A stretch of DNA of 64,000 nucleotides from Spironucleus salmonicida (lineage: Eukaryota), in the NCBI RefSeq assembly GCF_000497125.1, contig NC_090599.1, positions 620,001 to 684,000 on the forward strand, given 5' to 3'. The notes under the pieces were generated by a model. The model made no database searches. It was given only the letters and a program-made list of their open reading frames with translations, and was not told the DNA's origin. A program made the position numbers and the translations under genes. Position 1 is the stretch's first letter, and the number at the start of each line of letters is the position of its first letter. Shown here one piece after another: positions 60,457 to 64,000 of this stretch.

Positions 60457-62448
60457 ATGTCTATCAGCGTGGACCACCTGTCCTACTCGGTGCCTGAGGG
60501 CCTGCGCTAGAAGCTGCACGCCGCCTCCCGGTACCGCTACCGGCGCCAGGAGTTCTGCCAGGCGGAGGAGCCCTTCAAGCCGATCCTGCGGGACATCTCG
60601 CTGGACGTGCAGCCGGGGGAGTTCGTGGCTATCATCGGGTCCTCGGGCTGCGGGAAGACCTCGCTGATCAACATCGTGTGCAACCGGCTCTACACGAAGA
60701 CCTTCTCGGGCGAGGTGCGCTTCAACGGCAAGCGCGTGGGGCCCTGGATCAAGCGCCGCCTGGGCTACGTGCAGCAGGAGGACATCCTGGGCGCGGAGGA
60801 GACCGTCTTCGAGGCGGTGAAGTTCGTGGCGGACCTGAAGCTGCCCGGCCGCCACCACGAGGAGCTCACCGACCGCACGCTGGCCTCGCTCGGCCTGGCC
60901 CACGTCCGCGACTCCCTCATCGGGGCGCCGGCGGGCCAGGGCTTCTCGGCGGGGGCGAACAAGAGCGGGATCTCGGGGGGCGAGCGGCGGCGGACCAGCA
61001 TCGCGCGCCAGATCGTGTCCGGGGCGGAGGTGCTGGTGCTGGACGAGTGCACGAGCGGGCTGGACGTGCACACCGCGAACCAGCTCATCGCGACGCTGAA
61101 GGGGCTCAGCGGGCGCCCCTACGACCAGTTCACGAGCCCCGACTCGCAGCGCCACGGGCTCACGGTGCTGACCACGATCCACCAGCCCACCAGCCAGATG
61201 TGGGGGCTCTTCGACCGCGTGCTGGTCATGCGCCGCGGCCAGCTGCTCTTCAGCATCCCCGCCGCGGGCTTCCTGGAGCGCGCGCGCAGTGCCGGCGTGA
61301 GCCTGCCCGAGAACGTGAACCCCGCCGACTTCCTCATCGAGCTGCTCGCGGACCCCTCTCAGGAGGCCGTGGTGGAGCGGCTCGCGGCGGAGTTCCGGCA
61401 GGCCGCGCCAGTGCCAGTCCGGCTGGCTGTGCTGGAGACCGCCGAGACGGTGGACCCGGACGGCGTGGACGGGCGCGCGGTGCTGGGCTACACGCTGTCG
61501 GCGGGCCAGCAGTACGGCGCGTACCGGGCGGACCGCAAGTTCGGGCTGCTGCCGCACGCGCTGATCTCGGCGTACGAGGTGCTGCACTACGAGGCGAAGT
61601 ACGTGCAGAGCTACCAGGCGCAGTTCGGCGTGCTGCTCTCGCGGGCGGTGCGGCAGCAGGTGCGCAACCCGGTGCTGTTCTTCCGCTTCCTGCTGCAGTA
61701 CACGGTGGTGGCGCTCTTCGCGGGCTCGCTGTGGTGGCGGCTGGGCTACACCTACACGGCGGTGGGGAACCGCATCGGGGCGGTGTTCTTCATCCAGATC
61801 ACGCTGGTGTTCCCGCCCTCGGCGGACGCTGCGCAGCGCTGGTTCCAGAAGCGGCAGGTGTACCTGGCGGAGCACGCGCAGGGGCTGTACGGCACGGCGG
61901 GGTTCTTCCTGGCGGAGCTGCTGGTGGACCTGCCGGTGTACGTGTTCATGGTGTTCTACACGATCGTGATCGCGTACTTCATGGTGAACATGAACAGCTC
62001 GCTCCAGCTGTGCCTGCTGCTGGGCGTGCAGTTCCTGCTCATGCTGTACAGCACGCTCTTCCTCGCGCTCTTCTTCCAGTTCGTCTTCAACTCCTTCGTC
62101 GCCGCGATCGCCGTGTTCATGACCACCGTCAGCATCCTCTTCACCTTCGCCGGGCCCTACATCAACCCCAGCTCCGTGCCCTCCTACTGGAGCTGGATGC
62201 CCTGGGTCAGCCAGTTCGCCTACATGTTCCGCGCCTACCTGTACCTCATCCTCCACGGCCAGGACGTGGTGTGCGACCCCGGCCAGAGCTGCCCGCTCGA
62301 CTCGGGGGCCACCATGTTCGAGCTCTACGGGCAGCAGGGCTGGACGCTGCTCAGCGCCACGCTCACCAACGTCGGCTACACCGCCGGCGTGATCGCGCTC
62401 TTCGCCTGCGCGTCCTACCTCATGCTGCGCTACCGCCGCTTCTCCTGA
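60457..62448 (+). CDS. ABCG (White-like) half transporter, 663 aa
   Basis: GSSGCGKT Walker A, ISGGERRR signature, LVLDECTSGLD, TTIHQP, NPADF and a C-terminal TM domain. Start extends to the AAAATG at 60457 through one TAG. Confidence 0.95.
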
Positions 62449-62467
62449 CGCTCCCTTCCACCCTACA

Positions 62468-62935
62468 ATGAAGTTCGCGTCGCTGCTGGTGTTCGCCGCG
62501 GCCCCGCTCGCCCTCGCGGCCCAGATGACCGTGATCTGCTCCGTGGTGCGGCTCATGCCCGGCTGCCCCGCCCCCGTGGACGCCTGGGTGGCCCTGCTCC
62601 GCGCGCACGGCGCCTACAGGCCCACCGTGCTGCTCGGCTACGCGGCCAACCTCGCCGCCGTGGTGCACGCCCTGCTGCTGGCGGTGCTCTGGGGCCTCGA
62701 GCGCCTGGCCCGCGCGCACCGCCGCTGCCGCCTCCCGGCCTACCTGCTCACGCTGAGCCTCTGCCTCTCGCTCGTGCAGGCGGAGTTCCGCACCGTGCCC
62801 GACCTGCTCGTCGTGGTGCTCAACGAGCGCCTCCTGGCCCTCCTGCGCGCCGCCGCCCGGCAGCTCGGGGGGATCGCGGTGGCCGGCCGGCTCCTCCTCC
62901 AGCAGGTGGGAGCGGAGGTGCTGGACGCCGAGTGA
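62468..62935 (+). CDS. Small membrane protein, 155 aa
   Basis: Hydrophobic track ORF with high GC at third positions. Ends GAG TGA. Confidence 0.7.
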   Translation: MKFASLLVFAAAPLALAAQMTVICSVVRLMPGCPAPVDAWVALLRAHGAYRPTVLLGYAANLAAVVHALLLAVLWGLERLARAHRRCRLPAYLLTLSLCLSLVQAEFRTVPDLLVVVLNERLLALLRAAARQLGGIAVAGRLLLQQVGAEVLDAE

Positions 62936-63010
62936 CCTCCTTTCCTCTCCCGCAACTTGTGGTTCACCGTACCGAATTCGCTTCGGGCACATATCCGCCC
63001 TCCCCGAAGA

Positions 63011-63175
63011 ATGGACGAGCGGAAGGTGATCCAGCCCAGCTACTCCGAGTACCAGCGGATGTTCGACGGCGACAACCCCTCGGTCACCGAGATCTCCGCG
63101 CGCGGCAGCCAGAGCAACCTGCAGGACATCCTGGACGCCAACCTGGACGAGGCCTCGTCGCTCGCCTCCGAATGA
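63011..63175 (+). CDS. Small acidic hypothetical protein, 54 aa
   Basis: MDERKVIQPSYSEYQRMFDG... with strong third-position GC bias. Confidence 0.55.
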   Translation: MDERKVIQPSYSEYQRMFDGDNPSVTEISARGSQSNLQDILDANLDEASSLASE

Positions 63176-63263
63176 TTATTTCTCTTGCGGTACTCCACGG
63201 GCTGGGCATGGACCGCGGCACGCACCGGCCCCTGACATCGCGGCCCATCCTCGCCCCTCCAAA

Positions 63264-64000
63264 ATGCGGCGCCCGCACTCCCCGGTCCCGACGCGCTCCC
63301 TCGGCCCCAGCGCCCCGGCCCGGCCCGCCACGCACGCCGCGCGCAGGGTTCCTATAAGTATTAGATCAGAATCTCCCGTTCTGGTGCGTCTGCAGAACAC
63401 AATAGAACACCACAAGCTCGAAATTCACAACCAGCACGGTGTGGCGTTCCGGAACATCCTGACGAAGGAGGACTTCACACAGTTGCAGTTCTACCAGTAG
63501 GAGCTAGTCGATTTCGCACCTCAGAAGACGAGCAGGATTTTGAAGAATTTGAAGGCCAAAATCCAGCCCAGTTTCCACTCGCAACACCTCATTTTTTACA
63601 AGGTAAACCCCATCGCAACTCACTAGCTGGTGAAGCACAAGTCGCTAGAGCTCACCCAGTACTCGTCATATTTTGTGGGAATCTTGAACTCGAATAAGTT
63701 AAACTTTATGAGAAAAATCGTTGCCCGCTTCAGCCAGATGAAACAGTGTGACGTCGTTCCACCTATTTCGGAGGCTATTATCAACCGCATAACGCTGGTT
63801 TTGCCGAAGAATCTCGGGCCACGGCTTCTGGAAAAGGCGCAACGTGCGCTAGCTGACATGCAGAAAGCGTTTACGCTACTGTTTTTTGATGGTGGTGAGT
63901 TCATGAACTACCTATTTTTTCTCAAGTGGCAACTAAAAGCGGCATGCTTCACACTGTACTTGAATGATATTTTTCCCATAATAAGCATTTACCAGCAGGC
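63264..64000 (+). CDS. Hypothetical protein, 3' partial
   Basis: AAAATG start. The frame stays TGA-free to the window end. Confidence 0.65.

Noticed and set aside
60289-62556. 755-aa minus-strand ORF and 597-aa alternative plus-frame ORF in the track
   Set aside because: Shadow ORFs caused by extreme GC codon bias of the ABCG gene. They have no motifs and biased composition.

Overview
Eukaryotic, intron-poor, gene-dense genomic DNA from a diplomonad, most consistent with Spironucleus (inference from code and signal usage). TAA and TAG encode Gln and TGA is the only stop, so the supplied ORF track fragments almost every gene. Re-translated with table 6, the window holds about 50 compact genes: CCT5, Rpt5, Rpn10-like, eIF3j, WDR33/Pfs2, a PDI-like KDEL protein, a DHHC-family protein, SHIPPO-repeat and CFAP157-like flagellar proteins, five small Myb proteins, a PX protein, a CHY/RING protein, an ABCG transporter and many hypotheticals. 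The main discovery is two UGA-recoding selenoprotein genes invisible in the ORF track. One is a SelW/Rdx-type protein (CxxU, 989-1216, minus strand). The other is a stand-alone PITH-domain (proteasome-interacting) protein ending in a thioredoxin-reductase-like Cys-Sec-Gly tail (8284-8787, minus strand). Each is followed by a GUGA-core, type-II SECIS hairpin of shared architecture. The window also carries four 1.4-1.9 kb segmental duplications (one direct, three inverted) with gene-conversion and GC-shift signatures. All translations and family calls were made by eye, with no database searches.
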